Source: an uncultured delta proteobacterium
GTDB lineage: Bacteria > Myxococcota > UBA727 > VGSZ01
Direction of reading: 5' to 3'
DNA length: 64,000 nt
Assembly: GCA_963775425.1 (NCBI GenBank)
Contig: CAVZJB010000003.1
Location: 576,001 to 640,000, forward strand
Position numbers and translations under genes: made by a program. Below, one piece after another: positions 32,889-41,854 of this stretch (position 1 is the first letter of the stretch; every line of letters begins with the position of its first letter). The notes beneath the pieces were generated by a model. That model was not told the DNA's origin. It ran no database searches and was given only the letters and a program-made list of their open reading frames with translations.

Positions 32889-34523
32889 ATGACCGCTCCC
32901 ACCGACCCGAGCCCGGCCAAGAAGAACGGGCACGTGAATCCCGCCGCCGTCGGCCCGATGCTCAACGAGCACGAGATCGGCGGCGTGTCGTCGTGGGACA
33001 TGCACCCGCTGGCGCCCGTCGAGACCACGCCCGCCGCCGACGTCAAGGGCGCGGTGGCGCGCGCGCGGGCGGCGCAGCCGGCGTGGGAGGCGCTCGGCTT
33101 CGAACAGCGCGCCAAGCTCATGAAGGCCGCGTGCCGCCTTCTGCTCGAGCGGCGCGAGGAGGCGGGCAAGCTCATCCAGGAGGAGTCCGGCAAGCTGCCC
33201 GCACACGCGCAGATGCACGAGGCCATCGGGCCGCTCGAGTACGTGAGCGCGTGGATCAAGGTCGCGCGGCCGCGCCTGAAGCCGCACAAGCTGCCCATCA
33301 ACCCCGTGGCCATGCCCGGCAAGCGCGCCACCACGCAGCTCGTCGCGCGCGGCGTCGTCGGCGTGATCGCGCCGTGGAACTACCCGCTCGGCGTCTACTT
33401 CAAGCCCGTGTTGCCGGCCCTGCTGTGCGGCAACGCCGTCGTCATCAAGCCCTCGGAGTACTCGCCGCGCACCGGCGCGTTCTTCGCGCGCGTGGTGTCC
33501 GAGGTCTTGCCCAAGGACGTCGTGCAGGTCGTGCAAGGCGGGCGCGACGTCGGCCGCGCGCTCGTCGAGGGCGGCGTCGACGCCGTCAGCTTCACCGGCT
33601 CTCCCGTCGGCGGCCGCGCGGTGCTCCAGATGTGCGCGGCTCAGATGATCCCTTGCAGCGTGGAGCTCGGGGGCAAGGATCCCGCCATCGTCCTCGCCGA
33701 CTGCGACGTCGAGCGCACCGCGCTCGGCATCCTCAACTGGGGCATGCACAACAGCGGACAGGACTGCGGCTCCGTCGAGCGCGTCTACGTCGTCGACGCC
33801 GTCGCCGACCGCTTCGTCGACACGCTGGCAGGCGCGGCCTCGCGCTTGAAGGTGCCGGCGAGCGCGGGGGAGGAGGCGCACGCGTCCATCGGCCCGCTGT
33901 CGAACCCCATGCAGCTCGCCATCGTCGAGGAGCACGTCAAGGACGCCGTCGGCAAGGGCGCGGTGGTCCGCGCCGGCGGAAAGCGCAGCGGCCGCGGCCT
34001 GTGGTTCGAGCCCACCATCCTCGACAGGTGCACGCAGGACATGCACGTCATCGCGGACGAGACGTTCGGGCCCGTGATCCCGGTGGTGCGCGTGAAGGAC
34101 GTCGAGGAGGCCGTGCGCCTCGCCAACGACTCGCGCTACGGCTTGAACGCGTCCATCTGGACCCGCGACGTCACCGCGGCCGAGGTGCTGGCGCGGCGGC
34201 TCCAGTGCGGGACGGTGTTCATCAACAACCACGCGATCACCGGCGCCATGCCGTTCGCGCCCTGGACGGGCGTGAAGGACACCGGCTACGGGGTCGCCAA
34301 CAGCGAATACGCGCTCGACACCTTCGCGCGCCCGCGGACGATCTTCGTCGACACCCAGAAGGCGCCGGACCCCTGGTGGCTGCCGGCGGACCCGCTCCTC
34401 GAGGAGATGGCCTCCCGCCTGGCGTCCGCCCAGCTCGGCAAGCTGGCGCAGGCGTTGAAGCTCCCCGGCATCATGAAGAAGCGGCAGCGGCTCTTGCTCG
34501 ATCTCGTGCGAGGCCCGAAGTGA
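32889..34523 (+). CDS. Aldehyde dehydrogenase
   Basis: APWNYP, IKPSE, FTGS, ELGGKD, SGQDC, ETFGP. Confidence 0.95.
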   Translation: MTAPTDPSPAKKNGHVNPAAVGPMLNEHEIGGVSSWDMHPLAPVETTPAADVKGAVARARAAQPAWEALGFEQRAKLMKAACRLLLERREEAGKLIQEESGKLPAHAQMHEAIGPLEYVSAWIKVARPRLKPHKLPINPVAMPGKRATTQLVARGVVGVIAPWNYPLGVYFKPVLPALLCGNAVVIKPSEYSPRTGAFFARVVSEVLPKDVVQVVQGGRDVGRALVEGGVDAVSFTGSPVGGRAVLQMCAAQMIPCSVELGGKDPAIVLADCDVERTALGILNWGMHNSGQDCGSVERVYVVDAVADRFVDTLAGAASRLKVPASAGEEAHASIGPLSNPMQLAIVEEHVKDAVGKGAVVRAGGKRSGRGLWFEPTILDRCTQDMHVIADETFGPVIPVVRVKDVEEAVRLANDSRYGLNASIWTRDVTAAEVLARRLQCGTVFINNHAITGAMPFAPWTGVKDTGYGVANSEYALDTFARPRTIFVDTQKAPDPWWLPADPLLEEMASRLASAQLGKLAQALKLPGIMKKRQRLLLDLVRGPK

Positions 34524-35530
34524 TCGCTCTCGCGCCGCGCCGGGCGCACGGGCCCCTCCCGCTCCTCGTCGCCGCGTCCCTGGCGGCGGGAGGCTGCGCC
34601 ACGGTGAAGCCGGAGGTGGTCCACGGGGCGCCGCCCAGGCGGCGGCCGGAGCGCGTCGTGGATCCGGCGGCCGTGAGCGTGGACGCCGTGAAGTTCGTGG
34701 GCGACGAGAAGTACGCCTGGTTCGACGGCGCCACCGGCCGCGCCCTCGCCTTCGACGACGTCCTCGCGCGCATGGGCAAGAGCCGCGTGGTGATGGTCGG
34801 CGAGCAGCACGACCAGGCCACGCACCACGAGCTCGAGCGGCGCGTGGTGGCGGCGTTGGCGCAGCAACAGCCGGAGCTGGTGGTGGGCATGGAGATGCTC
34901 ACGTGGAACCTCCAGCCGAGCGTCGACCGCTTCAACGTCGGCGAGATCGACGCCGACGCCCTCGCCGTCGCCGTCGACTGGAAGAAGGTGTGGGGCTTCC
35001 CGTTCGAGATGTACAAGCCCATCTTCGTCGACGGCCACGCCCACGGCGCGCGCTTCATCGCGTTGAACGCGCCGCGGACCCTGGTGCGCGCGGTGCGCAA
35101 GAAGGGCGTGGACGGGCTCAGCGCCGACGAGCTGCGCGCGCTGCCGGACCTCGACCTCGGCGACGTCGACCACCGCGCGTGGTTCCACGGCATCTTCTCC
35201 GAGGACGGACACGAGACCAAGGACGGCGACATCGACAGCTTCTACGTGGCGCAGGTGGTGTGGGACGAGTCCATGGCGCAGACGGCGTCGCACGCGCTCC
35301 TCGAGGGCGCGCCGCAGGTGGTCGTCATCGCCGGCATCGGCCATGTCGCGCGCGGCCGCGGGATCCCCGAGCGCATCGAGCGCCGCGTCGCCGGCGTGCA
35401 TGTCTTGAGCGTCGTGCCGCTCACCGACGTCGACGCCGAGAGCGCCGAGGACAAGCTGCGCGCCGCCGTGGTCGCCGGCGAGGGCGACATCCTCGTGGTC
35501 CCACGCTTCGAGGAAGAGATCGCGCTGTAG
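34520..35530 (+). CDS. ChaN-family (heme-binding/uptake-like) lipoprotein
   Basis: Lipobox AAGGC; VGEQHD...HH, GMEM, YKPIF, AQVVWDESMA, AGIGHV..G.GIP. Confidence 0.85.
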   Translation: MIALAPRRAHGPLPLLVAASLAAGGCATVKPEVVHGAPPRRRPERVVDPAAVSVDAVKFVGDEKYAWFDGATGRALAFDDVLARMGKSRVVMVGEQHDQATHHELERRVVAALAQQQPELVVGMEMLTWNLQPSVDRFNVGEIDADALAVAVDWKKVWGFPFEMYKPIFVDGHAHGARFIALNAPRTLVRAVRKKGVDGLSADELRALPDLDLGDVDHRAWFHGIFSEDGHETKDGDIDSFYVAQVVWDESMAQTASHALLEGAPQVVVIAGIGHVARGRGIPERIERRVAGVHVLSVVPLTDVDAESAEDKLRAAVVAGEGDILVVPRFEEEIAL

Positions 35531-35541
35531 ACACGCGCAAG

Positions 35542-37104
35542 TCAGGCCTTCTTGTGGGCCTCGGCGATGCGCGTGGCGGCGAGGCGGGACAGGCCGTAGA
35601 TGGACAACTGCGGGTTCACGCCGAGGCTCGTGGGGAAGACGCTGCCGTCGACGACGTAGAGGTTCTCGATGTCGTGGTGGCGCAGATCCACCGAGCGCAC
35701 CACGCCGCGCCTGGGGTCGTCGCTCATCATGCAGCCGCCCATCTGGTGCGCGGTGAACACCGCCACCTTGCACGGCGCATACGGCATGTCGTCGATCTTC
35801 TTGATGTCGTCCCTGCTCTTGATCATCAGCGGCGGATCGTGCCCCGTGGCCACCGTGTGCGCGCCGGCGGCGAGCCCGATCTGCGCGATTGTCTTCTGGC
35901 CGTCGCGCAGCGCGCGCCATTGGCGTTCGACGAGCTTGTAGTCGAGCACGGGGCGGCCCGAGGGCGCCACCGAGACGCGGCCGCCCTCGACGTCCTCGTG
36001 GAACCCGTCGATGGACAGCACGATGTGCGCCGCCGCGTACGGCAACTGCTTCATCAACGCGAGGTGATCCCGGCCGAACCCCGGCAGCGCGGTGGCCGCA
36101 AGCATCGGATGCACCGGCGCGGACTCGAGGAAGTAGCCGACCTCGTCGCCGCGGTGGGCGAACTGGTGGCTGGCGATGGACTGTGGCGCGCCCTGGTAGC
36201 CGCGCACCGGCTCCGGGAACAGCGCGACGCTCGCCACCACGGGGTGCAGGAAGGTGCGCCGCCCGAGCATCCCCGAGCGGTCCTGCGTCTCCGAGCGCAG
36301 CAACAAGGCCGGCGAGTTGATGGCGCCGCCGCTCACGATCACCAGGCGCGGCTTGACGCTCACGCGCACGCCCGTCGGGTCGCGCCCGAAGGCGTCGAGC
36401 ATCACGCCCTCGACGGCGACCGCGCGCCCCGCCTGATAGGTGATCCTCGTCGCCCGGCACCGGGACACGAGCGCCGCGCCCGCGGCGATGGCGTCGGGCA
36501 GGAGCGTGACGAGCATGGACTGCTTGGCGTCGATGGGGCAGCCGTGGCCGCAGGAGCCGGTCTGCGCGCAGCCGAGGACGTTGCGCTTGATGGGCGTCGC
36601 CTCGAAGCCGCTCGCCTTGGCGCCGTCATAGAGGGCGCGGTTGTTCTTGTTGGCGATGGGAAGCGGGCTCTCCTCGATGTGGAGCCGCTTCTCGATCCAC
36701 TCCCAGTGCGGGTTCAGGTCGGCGAGGGCGATGGACGCGGCGCCGTGCCGGGTGCGCCAGATGTCGATGACGTCCTCGGGGGTGCGGAAGCAGGTGGTCC
36801 AGTTCACGACGGAGCCGCCGCCGACGGCGCGGCCTTGCAGGACGGTGATGGCGGCGTCCTTGGTCGTGCGCGCGCCGCCGTCCTGGTACAGGAGGGGGTA
36901 GGCCTCGTCCTCGCGCTGGCGGAAGCGCTCCTTGGTGAAATAGCCGCCTTCCTCGAGGACGACGACGTCGAGGCCCGCGAGCGCGAGCGTGTGCGCGGCG
37001 ACCGCGCCGCCGGGGCCGGAGCCGATGATGCAGACGTCGCAGCCGACGTCGAGATCGGCGGTGACGGTTTGTCCCTCGAGGACGCCGGCGGGCAGGGTCT
37101 TCAC
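35542..37104 (-). CDS. GMC-family FAD oxidoreductase (long-chain alcohol oxidase / LaoA-like)
   Basis: IIGSGPGG, GRAVGGGSVVNW, C..GCP..AKQS, AHQMGGC, DGSVFPTSLGVNPQ; GTGA overlap with the upstream gene. Confidence 0.92.
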   Translation of the reverse strand: MKTLPAGVLEGQTVTADLDVGCDVCIIGSGPGGAVAAHTLALAGLDVVVLEEGGYFTKERFRQREDEAYPLLYQDGGARTTKDAAITVLQGRAVGGGSVVNWTTCFRTPEDVIDIWRTRHGAASIALADLNPHWEWIEKRLHIEESPLPIANKNNRALYDGAKASGFEATPIKRNVLGCAQTGSCGHGCPIDAKQSMLVTLLPDAIAAGAALVSRCRATRITYQAGRAVAVEGVMLDAFGRDPTGVRVSVKPRLVIVSGGAINSPALLLRSETQDRSGMLGRRTFLHPVVASVALFPEPVRGYQGAPQSIASHQFAHRGDEVGYFLESAPVHPMLAATALPGFGRDHLALMKQLPYAAAHIVLSIDGFHEDVEGGRVSVAPSGRPVLDYKLVERQWRALRDGQKTIAQIGLAAGAHTVATGHDPPLMIKSRDDIKKIDDMPYAPCKVAVFTAHQMGGCMMSDDPRRGVVRSVDLRHHDIENLYVVDGSVFPTSLGVNPQLSIYGLSRLAATRIAEAHKKA

Positions 37105-37673
37105 GGCATACCTCCCTCGGTCTCCACGACGTGCAGCGCCTTGCGGGCCTCGATGGGCGGCGGCTCGGGCTTGGGGATGGACGGCCCGGGGTAGCCCGTG
37201 TCCGGCCACCCTGCGGGCGTCGCGTAGTGCGCCGCGAGGCAGAGCTTGCGCAGGCCGTTGTAGGCGCTGCGCAAGAGCAGGAGGCGGGAGTCCCGCCAGG
37301 CGATCAGGGCCTTGTCCTGCGCGGCCTCGTCCAGCTCGGTGAACGGCGTCGGCCGGCCGCGCAGGAGGAGGCCGCCGAGGGCGTTTTCGAGGAGCACCAG
37401 CGCGCTCGAGAGGTCCTTTTGCGTCTCCGGCGGCGCGTAGCGCAGCGCGGCGTCCACCTTCATGGCGATGTCCACCGGCGACGCGGTGGTGCCCGCGAGC
37501 ACGCGCGCGGCGACGGCGGCGAGCACCGGGAACGCGCGCGCCGACAGCGCGTGCAGCAGGCCGGTGGGCTTCACCGAGGAGTCGCCGGGGAGGATGGCGA
37601 CGATGCCGCCGCCGGCGACGACGAGGAGGACGCCGCCGACGACGCCGCGCTTGAGGAACGAACGGCGCTTCAC
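37101..37673 (-). CDS. Tat-exported partner of the GMC oxidoreductase (LaoB / dehydrogenase small-subunit-like)
   Basis: MKRRSFLK twin-arginine signal; W..TGYPGP C-terminal motif. Confidence 0.85.
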   Translation of the reverse strand: MKRRSFLKRGVVGGVLLVVAGGGIVAILPGDSSVKPTGLLHALSARAFPVLAAVAARVLAGTTASPVDIAMKVDAALRYAPPETQKDLSSALVLLENALGGLLLRGRPTPFTELDEAAQDKALIAWRDSRLLLLRSAYNGLRKLCLAAHYATPAGWPDTGYPGPSIPKPEPPPIEARKALHVVETEGGMP

Positions 37674-37734
37674 CGGCTCGAGATAACACGTGCCCGGTGG
37701 TGCTGCACGGGGAGCGCCCGACGACGGCGAGGGC

Positions 37735-39158
37735 TCAGAAGAACGAGATGCGGCGGGCCTCCGCGGGGCCCCAGCCCGCGAAGCGGACGAGGTTCAGGCA
37801 CAACAGCCCTGCGGCGAGGCCGCGGATGGTGCGCGCCGACGGAGCGGGGTCGAAGAGCAAGACGAGAATCCTTGATGGTCTTGGTGCCGTCCATGGCGAT
37901 GACGGCGCGCGCCTCGTCGGCGGAGAGCGTGAGGTCCTCGAGGCCGTAGCCGCTGTCGGCGGCGGCGGAGAAGCGGGCGTCGTCGGGGGCGGCGGCCTTG
38001 AGCGCGTCGTCCCCCTCGGTGAGCAGGATGCCGCGCACGATGATGTCGCCGACGGGGACGCGCACCGGGACCTGCTCACGGACCGCGCGCCCCTCGAGGG
38101 TGACCTTCATCGTCCCCTCCTGCCAGGTGAACGCCCCGAGGGCCACGCGCCGCGTGTGCTCCGCGACGAGCGCGCGCAGCGTCTCTTCGGGGAGCATGCC
38201 GCGCGCGAGCACGGAGTCGACGATGGTGCGGCGGGTGCCGGAGACGACGTCGTCGCGGATGAGCTTGAAGTCCTCGACGTTGAGGGCGCCCCGGCGCACC
38301 GCCAGCGTGGTGAGGTCTTCGGCCTCGAGGTTGCTGCGGGCGCCGACGATGACGCCGCGGCGCAGGAGCAGCACGCGCTTGGCGCGGCCGTTCATGAGCC
38401 ACAGCTCGCCGGTGGTCTGCGACTGGTGGAACGCGTCGAGCATGTCCGCGAGGGCGCGCGGGGAGAGGGAGCCCTCGCCGTGCGGGCCGCGGCTCTCGGG
38501 GGCCGCGCGCCGTCGCTCCTTCACCTTGGACCAGAGCTCCGCGAGCGAGCCCGGCGAGAAGCCCTCGCCGATGCGCTCCTCGAGCGGCGGGGCGGGCCCG
38601 AGCGCGGCGACCGGCGGGCCCTCGCCGGTGACGATGACGGAGGAGAACGCGGCCTCGGTCTCGGCGTCGTCCTCGTCTTCGCCCTCGGTGACGACGTCGA
38701 GCACCAGCTCGGCGCCCTCGTCGACGGCGGCGCCCTCCATGGACGACAGCGCGGGGCCGGGGGAGCGGGGCAGGGCGCTCGAGTTGGGGTGCAGCTCGCG
38801 CCCCATGAGGCGGGCGGCGGCCTCCACCAGCGTGAGCGAGCGGAACGGCCGCGCGAACGACGCGTCCATGGCGCCGATGCGCGGCATGAGCTCGTCGTCG
38901 CCTTCGACGACGAGGCTCTGGGCGTAGGTGAGGATGACCTTGGTGGACAGCTCGTTTTTCAGGAGCTCGGCGACGTCGACGCCGGGGGCGTCGGGCAGGT
39001 CGTGCTCGATGATGGCGACGGCAGGCTTCTCGACGAGGGCGAGCTCCAGCGCCGCCTCGCCCGAGCGGGCGTGGCTGGCCTGCATGCCGTATTGTCCGAG
39101 GAGCGCCGAGAGGAGCTCACCGAGCTCTCCGGGATCCACGACGAGGACGTCGGCCATG
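37735..39158 (-). CDS. Pseudo-receiver + DUF4388-like domain protein, apparent +1 frameshift at about 37867
   Basis: MADVLVVDP...AIIEHDLP (no phospho-Asp); TGELWL...KRVLLLRRG.IVGARSN; reading frame switches from DGTKTIKD to LVLLFDP...RRISFF. Confidence 0.75.
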
Positions 39159-39274
39159 GCGCCCTGATACCATCGATTTCGCCGCAGGTCAGGTTTGCGC
39201 GCAACGATGACGCATCGTCGACGCGCGCGCGGGCCCGACTTGCTGGGGACCCTTGGCGGAGATACCTTTTGCGC

Positions 39275-40093
39275 ATGGACCCCTGGGCCCTCGTCGACGA
39301 CGACACGCTCCCGCGCCCGTCGGGGATGGGGGCTCTTCCATCCGTGCACGAGGGGCCGGTGCCCGCGGGGCGCGCGCTGTTGTGTGTGTCGGACATCCAC
39401 GGCGATCGCGCGGCGCTCGAGAGCGTGCTCGACGCCGTCGCCCACGTCGATCTCTGCGGCATCGTCGCCGCCGGCGATCACTGCCTCGGCGGCCCGGACC
39501 CGTTCGGCGTCTGGCAGCGCCTGGTGACGCTCGGGGCCCACATGGTGCGGGGCACGTCGGATCTCGCGCTCGGCATGCTGCGGGTGCGGGGCATGAACCC
39601 GCGCACGGCACGCGAGGAGGCGCGGCTCGTCACGTTCCTGCGCACGCAGCAGGCGCTCGGCGAGGTCGTGTGCCGGCGGCTGGCGGAGCTGCCGTCGACG
39701 CTGGTGGTCTCGCTCGATGACCGCTCCGGCGTCATGGTCATGCACGGCACGCCCAACGACGAGTACGGCGGCCTGGTCGACGACGAGCACCTCACGCACG
39801 AGGTGGGCTGCGTGGCCGAGGACGTCCTGGTCTGCGGCGGCACCCACCGCGGCTTCGTGCGCCGCGTGGAAGACGACGGTGATCGCGGCGTCTCCCTGCG
39901 GCCCCATGACGAGCGCGGCCTCCTCGTCGTCGGCGCCGGCAGCGTCGGCGCGAGCCCGTTTCGCGCGGAGCACGGCGAGCGCACCGCCCACGCGGTGCTG
40001 GTGGCCCCCTTCGTCGACGGCGTCGTCCGCGCGTTCCCGCGCGACATCCCCATCGACCCGGCCGCCGTCGAGCGCGTGCGGCGCGCGGGGTGA
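39275..40093 (+). CDS. Calcineurin-like metallophosphoesterase (degenerate motifs)
   Basis: VSDIHGD, AGDH, RGTSD, MHGTP, CGGTH. Confidence 0.8.
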   Translation: MDPWALVDDDTLPRPSGMGALPSVHEGPVPAGRALLCVSDIHGDRAALESVLDAVAHVDLCGIVAAGDHCLGGPDPFGVWQRLVTLGAHMVRGTSDLALGMLRVRGMNPRTAREEARLVTFLRTQQALGEVVCRRLAELPSTLVVSLDDRSGVMVMHGTPNDEYGGLVDDEHLTHEVGCVAEDVLVCGGTHRGFVRRVEDDGDRGVSLRPHDERGLLVVGAGSVGASPFRAEHGERTAHAVLVAPFVDGVVRAFPRDIPIDPAAVERVRRAG

Positions 40094-40103
40094 CGGCGAG
40101 CGC

Positions 40104-40856
40104 ATGAGAGCCGAGCCGGCGCGCGACGAGCTCGAACGCGAGCGCGCCCGCCTCGAGCGCGCGGTCGATGTCCTCGGGCACCGCTTCGCGGACGCGTCGC
40201 TGCTCCTGCAGGCGCTGACGCACTCGAGCTACCTGAACGAGAACCGAAGCGGCGTCGGGCACAACGAGGTGCTCGAGCTCCTCGGCGACGCCGTGCTGTC
40301 CCTGTGCACGATCGAGGCGCTCGTGCGCGCGAGCCCCGAGGCCGGCGAGGGTGAGCTCACCGATCGCCGCGCGGCGCACGTCTCCGAGGACGCGCTCGCC
40401 CTGCGCGCAGACGCCCTCGGGCTCGCGTCGTTGTTGCGCACCGGCAGGAGCATCGAGGGCGGGGTGCCGGTGTCGGCGCGCGCCGACCTCGTCGAGGCGC
40501 TCATCGGCGCCGTGTACGAAGACGCCGGGCTCGAAGCGGCGCGCGCGGCCACCACGCGGCTCCTCGGCGCGCCCCCCGCGCACGCGCCGCCGGCTTCGCA
40601 AAACGCCAAGCGCGTGCTGCAAGAGCGGCTGCAGCGGCTGTTCGGGGAGCCCCCCACCTACGACGTCGTCCGCGTCGACGGCCCCAACCACGCGCCCATC
40701 TACGAGGCCACGGCCGTCTATGGCGGCGCGGCCCTCGGCACGGGCAGAGGCGGCAGCAAGCGCACGGCCACGGAGGCGGCGGCGGCCGACGCCCTCGCCC
40801 GCACCGAGCACGACGACGACGTCACGCTGCGCGCGCGCTTCGGCGCTTCGTCGTGA
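40104..40856 (+). CDS. rnc: Ribonuclease III
   Basis: ALTHSS, NEVLELLGDAVL, ADLVEALIGAVY; dsRBD KRVLQE...GPNHAP...G.GGSKR.A. Confidence 0.92.
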   Translation: MRAEPARDELERERARLERAVDVLGHRFADASLLLQALTHSSYLNENRSGVGHNEVLELLGDAVLSLCTIEALVRASPEAGEGELTDRRAAHVSEDALALRADALGLASLLRTGRSIEGGVPVSARADLVEALIGAVYEDAGLEAARAATTRLLGAPPAHAPPASQNAKRVLQERLQRLFGEPPTYDVVRVDGPNHAPIYEATAVYGGAALGTGRGGSKRTATEAAAADALARTEHDDDVTLRARFGASS

Positions 40857-41842
40857 CGAACGAGGAGGCCCCCGGCCCGAAGGACGCCGCGGCGGGCGCG
40901 CCGCCCCAGACCGGCGCGCGCCGGACGGGCGCGGCGCTCGGGCGTTGGCTCGTGGAGCAGGCCAAGGCCGAGGGCTTCGACGACGCCGCCGTCGTGCCGG
41001 CGGGCGCGCCCCTCGCCGACGTCGATCGCGTGCGCGAGGCGGTGGAGGCGGGGCGCATGGGGCCGCTCGACTGGATGCGCGAGACCCTCGAGCAGCGCGT
41101 GGACATCAAGAAGCGGCTGCCGTGGGCGCGGAGCGTCCTCGTCGTCATCGTGAGCTACGACCCGGGCGACCACCCGGCGAGCGACGCCGGCAAAGCCAAG
41201 GTCTCCCGCTACGCGTGGGGACAGGACTACCACCACGTCCTGCGGCGCAAGCTGCGCCGGCTGCGCAAGGCGCTCCTCGCCGAGGGCGGCGGCGAGCGGT
41301 GCGCGCCCTTCAACGACGTCGACGCCGTGCTCGAGCGCGCGTGGGCCAAGGCCGCGGGGCTCGGCTTCATCGGCAAGAGCGCCATGCTCATCCACCGCGA
41401 CCTCGGCACGTGGACGTTCCTCGGCGGCCTGGCCACGGACCTCGACCTCGGGCCGGCGACGCGCGCGCCGGTGCCCGACCTGTGCGGCTCGTGCACCGCG
41501 TGCCTCGACGCGTGCCCCACGCGCGCCATCGTCCGGCCCCGCGTCGTCGACGCGCGCCGCTGTCTGGTCACCTGGAACGTCGAGGCGCCCGACGACCCCG
41601 CCGGCGACGCCTTCGAAGGCCACGGCTGGGCCGTCGGCTGCGACGTCTGCCAGGAGGTCTGCCCCTGGAACCGCTTCCGCAAGCCCACGCGCGAGCCGCG
41701 CTTCCTCGCGCGGCCGGGGCACACCGCGTTTTCGCCCGAGGACGCCCCCGACGACGTCGCCGGCACGCCGCTCGCGCGCCCGGGCAAGGAGGCCCTGCCG
41801 CGCCTCGCCGCGCGCGCCCTTCGCACCCCGCGGACGTCCTGA
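40853..41842 (+). CDS. queG: Epoxyqueuosine reductase
   Basis: SRYAWGQDYH, ERAWAKAAGLGFIGK, CGSCTACLDACPT, GCDVCQEVCPWN. Confidence 0.93.
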   Translation: MTNEEAPGPKDAAAGAPPQTGARRTGAALGRWLVEQAKAEGFDDAAVVPAGAPLADVDRVREAVEAGRMGPLDWMRETLEQRVDIKKRLPWARSVLVVIVSYDPGDHPASDAGKAKVSRYAWGQDYHHVLRRKLRRLRKALLAEGGGERCAPFNDVDAVLERAWAKAAGLGFIGKSAMLIHRDLGTWTFLGGLATDLDLGPATRAPVPDLCGSCTACLDACPTRAIVRPRVVDARRCLVTWNVEAPDDPAGDAFEGHGWAVGCDVCQEVCPWNRFRKPTREPRFLARPGHTAFSPEDAPDDVAGTPLARPGKEALPRLAARALRTPRTS

Positions 41843-41854
41843 GCCGTCGCGCGA

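Noticed and set aside
37860-37875. Programmed ribosomal frameshifting at the two broken genes
   Set aside because: No slippery heptamer or long homopolymer. A single-base insertion explains both.
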